From a virus: a stretch of DNA of 64,000 nucleotides. The notes under the pieces are model-generated. The model did no database searches. It saw only the letters and a list, made by a program, of their open reading frames with translations, and was not told the DNA's origin. The translations under genes were made by a program, and so were the position numbers. Numbering within the stretch: position 1 is the first letter of the stretch; each line of letters starts with the position of its first letter. Positions 18,593 to 26,741 of this stretch are shown in pieces. The DNA lies in IMG/VR virus record IMGVR_UViG_3300046457_000175, positions 1 through 64,000 of that record; one strand, given 5' to 3'.

Positions 18593-18867
18593 TCGCGGGC
18601 CTCAGCCAGCAGTCGTTGGTCGATCACCTTGGTCTCGTCCGTCTCCATGATCGCCTGCACCAGCAGGGCGTCAGGCAGGATGGACATGCACGGCTGCTTC
18701 TTGTCCGGCCGCTTGCACGAGGTCTCGGTCAGCTTCTCGCGGACGACGAACATCTCGCGATCGGCGCCGAAGCGCTCAATCAGGCCGTCGATCTTCAGAC
18801 GGCCCTCTCGATCACAGTTGCCGCACTTCACGCGCACATAGGGCAGGGGCCATTCAGCGAGCCGCAT
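18568..18867 (-). CDS. Hypothetical zinc-ribbon protein
   Basis: VKCGNCDREG...LIERFG...C...C. Confidence 0.55.
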   Translation of the reverse strand: MRLAEWPLPYVRVKCGNCDREGRLKIDGLIERFGADREMFVVREKLTETSCKRPDKKQPCMSILPDALLVQAIMETDETKVIDQRLLAEAREWKEKSGK

Positions 18868-19337
18868 CAGACCTCGGCCGGCTTGGTCGTATCGATCAGG
18901 TCGCAGGTCACGCCAACCTCGGCGTAGACAGCCTGAGCCTCAGCAAGCGAGTCCTTCCATCTCTCCTTCAGCTCCTCGGGCAGCTCCGGCGCGACCACGC
19001 GGGTGATGCCGGTCTGGATGACGTGGAGAGAGCAGCGCTTGCAGGTCAGGAACGGCCAGGTGTAGAGCGTGTAGCCATGCAGGGGCTCGCGAGCGGTCAG
19101 GATCGCGTTGATCTCGCCGTGGATCACGAGGTCGTACTTGATCTCGCGGGTCGTCAGGCGGTGCTCCGTGTCCGCAATGCCGCGGGGAAAGCCGTTGTAG
19201 CCGAGCGACGCCACTGTGCGGTCCGGCCGGGTGATGACGGCGCCGACCTTGGTGCTCGGGTCCTTGGAGGCCGCTGCGGTCGACTTCGCCAGACCCAGGA
19301 AATACTGGTCCCACCAGAGCTGAGAACGCTTCGTCAT
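18867..19337 (-). CDS. dCMP deaminase
   Basis: SKDPSTKVGAVI, GYNGFPRG, HGEINAI, T...C..C motifs. Confidence 0.93.
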   Translation of the reverse strand: MTKRSQLWWDQYFLGLAKSTAAASKDPSTKVGAVITRPDRTVASLGYNGFPRGIADTEHRLTTREIKYDLVIHGEINAILTAREPLHGYTLYTWPFLTCKRCSLHVIQTGITRVVAPELPEELKERWKDSLAEAQAVYAEVGVTCDLIDTTKPAEV

Positions 19338-19600
19338 GCGATCACCTTCAGGCTGAGGATGCAGTAGCCGGGCGACAGGACTGCGCTGGAGAACGCGCAC
19401 GGCACGGTGCGATTGGTGATGTAGGTGACTTCCACGTTGATCTCCTCGCCCGTGTAGAGGCCGTTGATGTTGTCGTATTCCTGGAGCACCAGGACGTCGC
19501 CGATCTGGAAGCCTTCATCCTCGCGCACGTCGTGGAGCTTGCGGCCGGCCTTGATCGCCTGGAAGAAATGGGTCCAGGACTTCTTGCGGTGGACCGCCAT
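19334..19600 (-). CDS. ASCH/DUF3850-domain protein
   Basis: HRKKSW..FF..I..G.K...VR...GFQIGD.L.LQEY...YTG. Confidence 0.82.
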   Translation of the reverse strand: MAVHRKKSWTHFFQAIKAGRKLHDVREDEGFQIGDVLVLQEYDNINGLYTGEEINVEVTYITNRTVPCAFSSAVLSPGYCILSLKVIA

Positions 19601-20283
19601 TACTTGGCGTCCTCCTGCGTAAAGTGGTTGAAGCCATCAGCGCCGACGAAGGGCTCGCACTTGGTGACCTTGCCCTCCTTCACCGCGCGCTCGACCAGAT
19701 CGAGCATCTCGGAGGTGACCACGCCCTGATGCCCCTTGGCGCGGTAGCTCGAAACAGCACGAGCCCGGAGCTGGATGCGGGGCGAGAGCGTCTCGATCAG
19801 GTTGTCGGTCTTGACGGGCTGAACCTCGACCTTGCGCTCGACGTAGATCTTCTTGGGCTGCTGCGGCGCGGAGACTGCGACGCCACGGGCTGCCGCTGCC
19901 TGCTCGATGGAGAGACCGGCCTCGATCTCCGCAGGCGTGCGACGGAACCGCTTCGCCTTAATCTCGACGGGTTTCTCCGCTTTCACGGTCCTCGGCCGAC
20001 CGCGGGCCCTCTTCACCTTCTGTGGCAAGCTGGCACGAGCTGCCATGGCCTGCTCGATGGTGAGGCCGAGTTCGATCTCCTGCATGTTCCGCTTGAACCG
20101 CTTCGTGGCGGCCTGCGGAGCAATGATCGTTGCGAGTTCGTTAACAACTTGGGTTGTCACGACCGGGGCCGTCATGGCGATCGGCGCAGCGGTATCCTTT
20201 GCCGGAAAAACAGGCAAAACCCTCTTAAAAAAAGCTCTCAGGCTCGATCCAAGCACGTTCGGAAATCCCTTCCTCGTTTGCAT
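19600..20283 (-). CDS. Basic protein with two KRF.R...EIE.GL.IEQA repeats flanking an AT-hook (RGRPR); start uncertain
   Basis: Internal repeats read directly from the translation. Confidence 0.55.
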   Translation of the reverse strand: MQTRKGFPNVLGSSLRAFFKRVLPVFPAKDTAAPIAMTAPVVTTQVVNELATIIAPQAATKRFKRNMQEIELGLTIEQAMAARASLPQKVKRARGRPRTVKAEKPVEIKAKRFRRTPAEIEAGLSIEQAAAARGVAVSAPQQPKKIYVERKVEVQPVKTDNLIETLSPRIQLRARAVSSYRAKGHQGVVTSEMLDLVERAVKEGKVTKCEPFVGADGFNHFTQEDAK

Positions 20284-20289
20284 TCTGTA

Positions 20290-20305
20290 TTTGCATTAAA
20301 GCAAA
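20290..20305 (-). promoter_or_regulatory. Operator-like motif copy 5 (top strand TTTGCATTAAAGCAAA), with extra half-site at 20277-20285
   Basis: In the divergent intergenic region. Confidence 0.7.
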
Positions 20306-20511
20306 TAGAGAGGAAAAGCAAGAAGTAGGAGGGGAGCCAACTCCGTTCCATTTTGAACGGTTGTTCAGGCGCCAACCCTGCGCGGAATAGAAGGTTTTGC
20401 TATCTGGTTAATCCAATTGCCGTATTTCTACGGAACCGAAATCGGGCTTGCATTTTGATGCAAATAGCGTTAGCTCACGGTCAAGAGGCGCCTGGCGGCA
20501 GGCTGCAGGGA

Positions 20512-20832
20512 ATGAGAACAATAATGAACACGTCCTTCGAGTATCGGTCCTATCAAGTCAGCCACGACGGCGTCGCTTTCACCGCCGAACCCCAGGACGG
20601 GGAACCCTTCCAGCTCAGATCGAAGAACATGCTTCGCGTCACTCGGGCGATCGATACCCTTTGGAATGCCCTCGAAGGAACCGTTGCCGCCCCGGCCTGG
20701 CTGTTTGAAGAGACCAGTTCCGTCGATCTCGATGCGGCCTCGGAGGCTATGCTGATCGTTGACCGTCCGAAGTCGGTGACCTACTTCCCTTTAGGGCCCA
20801 TGGCTGGGATGCCCGCCCGCGCCGCAGCCTGA
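20512..20832 (+). CDS. Moron gene 1, unknown domain paralogous to the N-terminus of the next gene
   Basis: YRSY.V....F.A.....AID.LW..LE....PAW......DLD; start 20512 or 20524. Confidence 0.6.
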   Translation: MRTIMNTSFEYRSYQVSHDGVAFTAEPQDGEPFQLRSKNMLRVTRAIDTLWNALEGTVAAPAWLFEETSSVDLDAASEAMLIVDRPKSVTYFPLGPMAGMPARAAA

Positions 20833-20840
20833 GGCTCGTG

Positions 20841-21449
20841 ATGACGACGATCTACCGGAACTACGTTGTCGCTCGTGTGGGCGACAAGTTCGTTGCTAAG
20901 TCGCCGGATGATGAATGCCTGCTGGTGTCATCACAGCAGCAACGCCTTCACGCAGCGATCGACGACCTCTGGGATTCTTTGGAGAAGGGGGCCGAGCCTG
21001 CGTGGTTCTCCGGCAGCTCTGCCATCGATCTCGACACATTCGGGCCGGAAGCGGTGCCGTCGAGTTCTGACCCCCCTGAGTCGACGCCGAGGCCGGTTCT
21101 GAGGATCAGCTACGTCGCCTTCGTCGCCACGGCGGTAGCTGTGTCTGCGCCGGTATCCTATTTCATGGAGACGATGTGCTGGCCGATGCGGGTCGACGTC
21201 CTGTTGACCCTCGGGGTTTGTGCGGTCGCGGTGGCCTTCGGTAGGCGCTACGCACTGATCGCGGCCGGGATCGCAGCAGTCGTATTCAACTTTTGCGCCG
21301 TGGAGCCTCTATTGGCGTTCACGGTTCCTACGACGAGTGAGATTGTCCTGATGGCGTTCAATCTCATCGCCGCTCTCGGCATTCCCGAGTTGCTCAAACT
21401 GCGATGTCTTCAGGCCGCACAAGGGAAAGGCCGAACTCGGCGCATCTGA
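20841..21449 (+). CDS. Moron gene 2: same unknown domain fused to a DUF4118/KdpD-like membrane domain
   Basis: Four hydrophobic helices with AVAFG..YAL.AA...A..FNF..VEP...F. Confidence 0.65.
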   Translation: MTTIYRNYVVARVGDKFVAKSPDDECLLVSSQQQRLHAAIDDLWDSLEKGAEPAWFSGSSAIDLDTFGPEAVPSSSDPPESTPRPVLRISYVAFVATAVAVSAPVSYFMETMCWPMRVDVLLTLGVCAVAVAFGRRYALIAAGIAAVVFNFCAVEPLLAFTVPTTSEIVLMAFNLIAALGIPELLKLRCLQAAQGKGRTRRI

Positions 21450-22047
21450 TCATCATGTCTTGTGTCCCTGTCCCGCCAGGACACGCGACAGCAAGCTGCG
21501 GGCGACCTTCGCGCAGCATTTGTTCATTTCGTACGTGGCCGGCAAGCACATCGTAGAGCTTGCCATATTTGTTCTTTTTCACCACGGCGCCCGGCCGATC
21601 GATGTTATCCCAGTCGGCCGGGTAGGGATCAAACGCGACACCACGATCCTCAGCCCATTTGCGAGCCAGCCTGTCAGCTCCAGACGCCTCCCCCTCAACG
21701 ATGCATGTGATCCGCCTACGCGCATCGAGCGCGTCCAGACCGCGATACAGCGTATCTCTGTCGGCGTAGTTGCGGCCACCGAACACGACCACGCGGAAGT
21801 TCGCCTTCAGCAGGATCGAGTCACCGTGGCAGCGGTGCGGCGCGCAGTAGCACTTCAGGTTACTGCCGGTCAGCGCCGAGACATCCATGTCCGGCAGCTG
21901 CTCGCAGTCGAACATATTGCAGACCTGGTCGCGGTCGCCGTGCGCCCCGATGACGAACCGGTTGCCATAGGGCGAGCCGCGGCCGATGTAGACCGCGTCT
22001 GCTGGGGCGTCCTGGTGGTGGACGTTGTAGACTCGTGGCGCCGGCAT
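21394..22047 (-). CDS. DUF4326 domain fused to a YspA-like SLOG (DUF2493) domain
   Basis: VYIGRGSPYGNRF..L.CYCAP..CHGD then VVFGGRNY..GEASGAD..A..WA..YPADW..RNEQML. Confidence 0.82.
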   Translation of the reverse strand: MPAPRVYNVHHQDAPADAVYIGRGSPYGNRFVIGAHGDRDQVCNMFDCEQLPDMDVSALTGSNLKCYCAPHRCHGDSILLKANFRVVVFGGRNYADRDTLYRGLDALDARRRITCIVEGEASGADRLARKWAEDRGVAFDPYPADWDNIDRPGAVVKKNKYGKLYDVLAGHVRNEQMLREGRPQLAVACPGGTGTQDMMIRCAEFGLSLVRPEDIAV

Positions 22048-22400
22048 CAGTTCATACCCTTTGGTCCGATCCCGATCGCGGTCAGCCTTGCCTTGAGCTG
22101 CTCATCGGTCTCGCCATCCTGCCGCTCCGTGAGGTAGCACTTCGCGGCATAGTTCAGCTTCTCGTCACGCAACGGTTCGAGCTGCCCCTGAATAGTCTCG
22201 GGCTTGATCTGTTGCAAAAGCTGCTCCGCCGGGATGGTGCGGGTCAGGCTTGCCATGCCTGGATTGGTGCAGACTGCCTTCAGTTGGCCTGGACCTTCGA
22301 CGGAGGTGATCTTGAAGTACACCCCGTGAGCAAACCCCACCCCGTTGAACTGGGTCATCGCAATGCCGGCAATCCGGCCGATCAGATCATCATCGTTCAT
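22047..22400 (-). CDS. Hypothetical protein
   Basis: AAGGAAAG RBS; coupled. Confidence 0.5.
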   Translation of the reverse strand: MNDDDLIGRIAGIAMTQFNGVGFAHGVYFKITSVEGPGQLKAVCTNPGMASLTRTIPAEQLLQQIKPETIQGQLEPLRDEKLNYAAKCYLTERQDGETDEQLKARLTAIGIGPKGMN

Positions 22401-22816
22401 GTCGTCTTTCCTTTCATCCAGCTCAGCTGCTGGCCCATCATCAGACCTTCCATAGGCACCTCGACATCCCCGAACAAGAGTCTGAAGGTCGGCATCAGGA
22501 ACTCGCGATAGCTGACGCCTGCGAGCACGATCGCCTTCGTGCCCATGATGCGTTGGCGCTCCAGTTGTTCCTGGACCATGGCCGTCCAGTCCTTTCGGAG
22601 TTTGACGCCGAGGCCATTGAGTGTGAGATCGTACGGGTCCGTGACACGGTACGGATGGAGTAGGCCAGCGCTGGCCGACAGGATGAACCACCGGTCGGCG
22701 TTGCGGCGGGCGTACTCCTTCGCCATCTGGAACCACGGGGAGATGTAGAGGTCCTGCGCCGGAAGCGGTCGGTCCGCCTTGGTCTTCACGCAGGATACGA
22801 ATGCGACTCGGGTCAT
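22397..22816 (-). CDS. DUF6884-like protein (YaaA/TGT-C-terminal-like fold)
   Basis: VSCVKTK..P.PA.DLY.SPWF, ILSA..GL, PYD.TL, LAG..Y, GLMMGQQLSW. Confidence 0.7.
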   Translation of the reverse strand: MTRVAFVSCVKTKADRPLPAQDLYISPWFQMAKEYARRNADRWFILSASAGLLHPYRVTDPYDLTLNGLGVKLRKDWTAMVQEQLERQRIMGTKAIVLAGVSYREFLMPTFRLLFGDVEVPMEGLMMGQQLSWMKGKTT

Positions 22817-23199
22817 GATGCCAATCCTGCCCAGTGAAGTTGATGGGTGTCGTCGAAGATCCAGCCGGAGATGCGGCCGACCTGCGATGGCGACGCGCGG
22901 TTCTGACGCATCCAGGCGTAGGCGCCGTTCTCGGCCGCGTGCGTGACCTTCACATGGTAGCCGCTCGACCTGATCTCGCCCGGCGAGCCCAACATGAACT
23001 TCCGCAGAGGCGAGAGCCCGCTCCAGGCGCCTGCAACACGGCTGCACATCAGGTCGAAGGTTTCGTCGGTCATGAACGACTGGTCGTGGCGATAGTAGAG
23101 CAGGGACGCGACGACGATCTGCCGAGCACAGAGGTCGAGCGATGGCCCAGCCTCCTTCGCGGGCGGCAGGCCGGCAAACAGATCCAGCGTCTCGCTCAT
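22813..23199 (-). CDS. Stand-alone NAD-dependent DNA ligase domain Ia-like protein
   Basis: LYYRHDQSFMTDETFD resembles LigA YY..D.P.ISD.EYD. Confidence 0.6.
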   Translation of the reverse strand: MSETLDLFAGLPPAKEAGPSLDLCARQIVVASLLYYRHDQSFMTDETFDLMCSRVAGAWSGLSPLRKFMLGSPGEIRSSGYHVKVTHAAENGAYAWMRQNRASPSQVGRISGWIFDDTHQLHWAGLAS

Positions 23200-23501
23200 T
23201 GTGACCTCTTCGGCGGTGCCGGCCGGCGCATCCAGTGCGTCGCCTTAACCTCTGGGGATAGCGCGTAGCCGGGAGGCAGACCTCCGGACGGGTACCAGCC
23301 CGGTCGGTTCGGCGGGAAGTGCCGCCACCGCACGTCTGTCACCCGGCCCTGGAGCATCGGCTGACCACGCTTCACCTGGTAGGCACCGGGGCAGTAGAAC
23401 TTGACCATGCTGTGGTCGACGTCCGGGCCGGCGCTCTCGATCCAGAGATCCACCACTGACCCATCTGTCGGCGCGCTGTCGATCGCCTCCCACTCGCTCA
23501 T
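23196..23501 (-). CDS. DUF551-like phage protein
   Basis: EWEAIDSAPTDG..VDLW...THWMRRPAPP. Confidence 0.75.
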   Translation of the reverse strand: MSEWEAIDSAPTDGSVVDLWIESAGPDVDHSMVKFYCPGAYQVKRGQPMLQGRVTDVRWRHFPPNRPGWYPSGGLPPGYALSPEVKATHWMRRPAPPKRSQ

Positions 23502-23752
23502 CGGAACGCCTTGCATGCGTCGCCGCTCCGGAATGTGCCGGAGGGGCAGGCCGTGCCGGGGATGTACGGGTATGCGCGCGGGGTGTCCTTGTGGAGCGCC
23601 TCGCACTTGTCGCCGAGTCCGACGTAACCCGTGGGGCACGTTCCAGTGCGCTGGATGCGCTCCCTGCCATCTGGAGTCGGTGTGGGATATTTGGTCTCGG
23701 CGAGCGCAGGGGCTGCCAGGGTAAGCAAGACGAGGGCGATGATCTTCTTCAT
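23498..23752 (-). CDS. Small secreted Cys-rich protein
   Basis: Signal peptide (PALA); two repeats CP.G....GD.C. Confidence 0.65.
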   Translation of the reverse strand: MKKIIALVLLTLAAPALAETKYPTPTPDGRERIQRTGTCPTGYVGLGDKCEALHKDTPRAYPYIPGTACPSGTFRSGDACKAFR

Positions 23753-25002
23753 GGCTGATCTCCAATGATCTTTTTCAGTTCCTGACTGAGCAGTATTGAA
23801 ACCGCCCGCTTCTCGGGCAGCATGTCGTATTTGTCGTAGACGGCGGTGACGTCGCCATCGATGTGGTCGAGCATTGCCTTGACGTCCGGTCGCGGGGCGC
23901 CGCAGCGCCGGGCAAGAGTGGCCGCGGTGCGCCGGAGGTCGTGCGGGGTGAAGTGTTCCATCTTGAGGAATGACCGAATGCCGACCCGGTTCGAGCGCTC
24001 CTTGTCGTTCAAAGCCTGAGACAAAGAGCTGCGCTTGATCTCGACCTTCTCCCCGTACTTGGATGGGAAAAGACAGACCTGCTTCTCGTCCTTGATGGCG
24101 GCCTTGATGACCTCCGTTGCCAGCGGCGAGACAGGCACGATCACCTCGCGCCGGCCCTTCACCCTGATAGGAGGCATCTGGTACTGGGCATGCTCCGTGC
24201 CGAGCCCGCTGATCTCCGACAGGAGGGCGCCGGCCGCCTGGTATGGTCGGACCATGGTGGCCAGAACCATCTTCAGCGCGAGCGCCACCTGGCGATCACA
24301 GGGCACGTCCGGATGCTCCAGACCCCACCAGAGCGTCCTAATCTCGTCGTCGGATAGGACCCTGTTCCGAGCCTTCTCCGATCCGCCGCGGCGCTCCATG
24401 CCGGTGATCGGATTGGAGGGCACGTATTTCCGGCCGGGCTGCCTGGCCCATTCGAACATCTTGTGGATAACCGACTGCGTCCGGTTGGCGCTGATCGGGG
24501 CATCCTCGGCGATCTCGTCAAGGACATCGGCAATGTCGTCGTCCGTCACCGTGTGCGCTGGCATGTGCCCCAGGGCGACCTTGGGGCGTTTCAGGTAGCC
24601 CTCGTCGTTCTTCCAGGAGGACTTGTTCGGCTTTGCGTACTCCTCCATGTAGGCGTCGCAGAGAGCTTCGAACGAGAGATCCTCTGCACGGGCCGCAGCG
24701 CGCCGCTCGCGCCGCTGTTCGGATCGGGGGTCCTTGTCGTCGCCGATCTTCTTGCGCTGCTCGGCGGCCTTCTCTCGGGCCAACGCGAGGGAAATGTCCG
24801 GATACCGACCGAGCGATATCCGGACCGCCCGCGAGAGCAGGGGCGACCAATAGGTGAGCGCGAAGGACTTGGCGCCGGACTTGAACACCCGGACCTTGAG
24901 CCCGGGGCAGGCATCGTCCGCGACGTCGATCTGCTCTTTTTCTTGGGGGCATTTGAGCCCTGTGATATGCTTGTCAGTGAGCCTTGGCACCCTAGTCTCC
25001 AA
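23749..25002 (-). CDS. int: Tyrosine integrase with N-terminal arm-binding domain (P4-like)
   Basis: GLKVRV..SG.KSF..LG.YP.ISLA.AR; catalytic R, K, HDLRRT, LDH, Y; adjacent to attP. Confidence 0.95.
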   Translation of the reverse strand: METRVPRLTDKHITGLKCPQEKEQIDVADDACPGLKVRVFKSGAKSFALTYWSPLLSRAVRISLGRYPDISLALAREKAAEQRKKIGDDKDPRSEQRRERRAAARAEDLSFEALCDAYMEEYAKPNKSSWKNDEGYLKRPKVALGHMPAHTVTDDDIADVLDEIAEDAPISANRTQSVIHKMFEWARQPGRKYVPSNPITGMERRGGSEKARNRVLSDDEIRTLWWGLEHPDVPCDRQVALALKMVLATMVRPYQAAGALLSEISGLGTEHAQYQMPPIRVKGRREVIVPVSPLATEVIKAAIKDEKQVCLFPSKYGEKVEIKRSSLSQALNDKERSNRVGIRSFLKMEHFTPHDLRRTAATLARRCGAPRPDVKAMLDHIDGDVTAVYDKYDMLPEKRAVSILLSQELKKIIGDQP

Positions 25003-25066
25003 CTTCGAAAATCCAGCAGTTTGCCTTACCTACAGTGAAGGAAAGCCTGATGCTTGGTGGACCATA

Positions 25067-25082
25067 TTTGCATCCGTGCAAG
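25067..25082 (-). promoter_or_regulatory. Operator-like motif copy 6 (top strand TTTGCATCCGTGCAAG)
   Basis: Between attP core and int start. Confidence 0.72.
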
Positions 25083-25157
25083 CGTGCAAGTAGAAAGATC
25101 AATGACTTGACCTCACTCATGCGGTCCACTTGCACCATAAAGCAAATGCAAATCAGC

Positions 25158-25202
25158 CTGGGAGACTAGGGGTCGGAGGTTCAAATCCTCTCGCTCCGAC
25201 CA
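25158..25202 (+). mobile_element. attP core = 3' half of tRNA-Pro(GGG), anticodon loop to CCA
   Basis: CTGGGAG-ACTAG-GGGTC-GGAGGTTCAAATCCTCT-CGCTCCG-ACCA includes T-arm and acceptor 3' strand; no 5' half upstream; between int and xis. Confidence 0.88.
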
Positions 25203-25379
25203 AAATAACCAAGTAATAACAGATACTTGGCAACTCGGTCAGAAACCCAATCTTCTCCCAAGCCGATCAAAGGTAAGGTATAGGTAAGGAAATCTCAAGA
25301 CCCAGGTGAGAACGCCTGACATCGTCTGCTCCTGCCTCAACGAAAAATCGCCGGCTCTGAGGCCGACGATCCTTCAGTT

Positions 25380-25592
25380 CTAAGCAGCATCACTGAGCTG
25401 CTTCTGCCATTCGATCACCTCGTCCAGGTACCAGGCGATCCTCCCATCGGTAATCTTCTTGGCCTTGGGGAAGGAGCCGTCGCCCGCCTTACGCAGCAGG
25501 GTGGCTTTGCTGAACGGGACCTTCCCCAGCACCTCCTTGATGCTGATCATCTGTCTCAGCTCGTTGTCCTGGGTCGTCGTCTCGGTGGTCAT
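25380..25592 (-). CDS. AlpA-family HTH, probable excisionase/recombination directionality factor
   Basis: ISIKEVLGKVPFSKATLLR...GSFPK..KI...IAW...EV.EW. Confidence 0.82.
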   Translation of the reverse strand: MTTETTTQDNELRQMISIKEVLGKVPFSKATLLRKAGDGSFPKAKKITDGRIAWYLDEVIEWQKQLSDAA

Positions 25593-25869
25593 TCTGGTCG
25601 TCCTCAAAGAGTGGGTCTCGGGTCAGCTTGCAGGTCCGCCGGACCTCCTCAGCCTCGTCATTTTCGCCATAGTCGCAGTCGCCGCAGCGGGTGCATGTGT
25701 TGACCGGGATGGAGCAGCTGCAGAGGCCGCGCTCGCCATCGCAGCTGGCGCTACACCCGCCGATGGACTTCATGTCGCAGCCCAGCTCTCGGCAGGTAGC
25801 GGTGGCCGCGATCCTCTCCAGGTGGGCGACATGCGCCCGGGCTGTCTCCAGTTGATCAGTCAGATTCAC
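25489..25869 (-). CDS. Hypothetical Cys-rich protein (3' end overlaps xis)
   Basis: Multiple Cys pairs; ATGA coupling. Confidence 0.5.
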   Translation of the reverse strand: MNLTDQLETARAHVAHLERIAATATCRELGCDMKSIGGCSASCDGERGLCSCSIPVNTCTRCGDCDYGENDEAEEVRRTCKLTRDPLFEDDQNDHRDDDPGQRAETDDQHQGGAGEGPVQQSHPAA

Positions 25870-26242
25870 GGCCGGTCCCCGGGATCATCCAGATGCTGAA
25901 CGACGGATCGCCGCAGCCGGCGCCCGATCCCTTCCGTCCATAGATGACGATGTCGCCATCCTCGGGATCGCCCAGCCTCGGGTGATTGGGATAGAAATCA
26001 GTCTTCCAGATATTCGTCCGGTGCGGACCGTTCGGCGGTCGTCCCGGCCTCCAGGCCGCAGTCAGGCCCATCATGCTGAGGGGGCGGTGGCGGTACGAGC
26101 TTTCCTTACTCATGTCGCCGCGAACATCCAGTTCCACATCCCAGCTGTCGTGGACCGTGGTCACGTCGATCCACTCCCTGTCGTCATCGAAGTCTCGACT
26201 CGGCGCGGGTCGGCGGAGGATCATCATCGTGTCCGGTCTCAT
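25856..26242 (-). CDS. Hypothetical protein
   Basis: GGAG RBS; ATGA coupling. Confidence 0.5.
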   Translation of the reverse strand: MRPDTMMILRRPAPSRDFDDDREWIDVTTVHDSWDVELDVRGDMSKESSYRHRPLSMMGLTAAWRPGRPPNGPHRTNIWKTDFYPNHPRLGDPEDGDIVIYGRKGSGAGCGDPSFSIWMIPGTGRESD

Positions 26243-26421
26243 GCCGCTGCTCCAATCAGGATGCGGCTCTCGTCGCGGGTGTTGCCGATCCAGCAGTTCG
26301 TGATGCCGGTGTAGCTCTTGATGTCCTTGTGATGCAGCTCGGCCTCGGCCTGAGACTGATACGGACCAGCCTGGTAGTCCTTGCCCATGACGGTGTAGTT
26401 GACGAAGTGCTGTCTGCTCAT
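26239..26421 (-). CDS. Hypothetical protein
   Basis: Coupled overlaps at both ends. Confidence 0.55.
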   Translation of the reverse strand: MSRQHFVNYTVMGKDYQAGPYQSQAEAELHHKDIKSYTGITNCWIGNTRDESRILIGAAA

Positions 26422-26741
26422 TGCTTTTTCCCAAAGACGCTGTCGACGGTCGGCGCCCGCTCATCGCTGGGGGCTATCCAGACCCTCGTCTGTCGGTTGC
26501 CGTGATTGTTGCCCTTGACGTGAAAGTCCTGCTCGTGTCGGGCTCGGTTCAGTTTTGAAACCATGACACGGAAGCCGGCGAGCATCGCTTGATCGTGATC
26601 TCGAAATGTCTCCGGCTTCCCGTCCTTGCCATTCACCCACTCTGGCGAAGATCCCGGGATGCCGTAGGTCGCGTGGTAGAGACCATCGATTTCCTTGTGG
26701 GGTACAACTGCCGAATAGTAGGAGTTGGCAATCTTGGTCAT
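26418..26741 (-). CDS. Hypothetical protein
   Basis: ATGA overlap with thyX stop. Confidence 0.6.
   Translation of the reverse strand: MTKIANSYYSAVVPHKEIDGLYHATYGIPGSSPEWVNGKDGKPETFRDHDQAMLAGFRVMVSKLNRARHEQDFHVKGNNHGNRQTRVWIAPSDERAPTVDSVFGKKQ

Larger units (their letters stand above)
25024..25289. repeat. Putative arm-type integrase sites (AGGTAAGG x3)
   Basis: CCTTACCT at 25024-25031; AGGTAAGG at 25271-25278 and 25282-25289, flanking the core. Confidence 0.55.

Noticed and set aside
20516-20529. Alphaproteobacterial LexA box (GAAC-N7-GAAC)
   Set aside because: The spacer is 6 nt. A one-mismatch GGAC-N7-GAAC at 50126-50140 is also too weak to call.
20447-25146. Operator variants with a 6-bp spacer (TTGCA-TTTTGA-TGCAA at about 20448; TTGCA-CCATAA-AGCAA at about 25130)
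   Set aside because: Spacing differs from the 4-bp consensus, so they were not counted as copies; possibly weak sites.
25158-25202. Full tRNA-Pro gene
   Set aside because: Only the anticodon loop to CCA is present; the upstream sequence cannot form the D-arm or acceptor 5' strand, so it is an att core.
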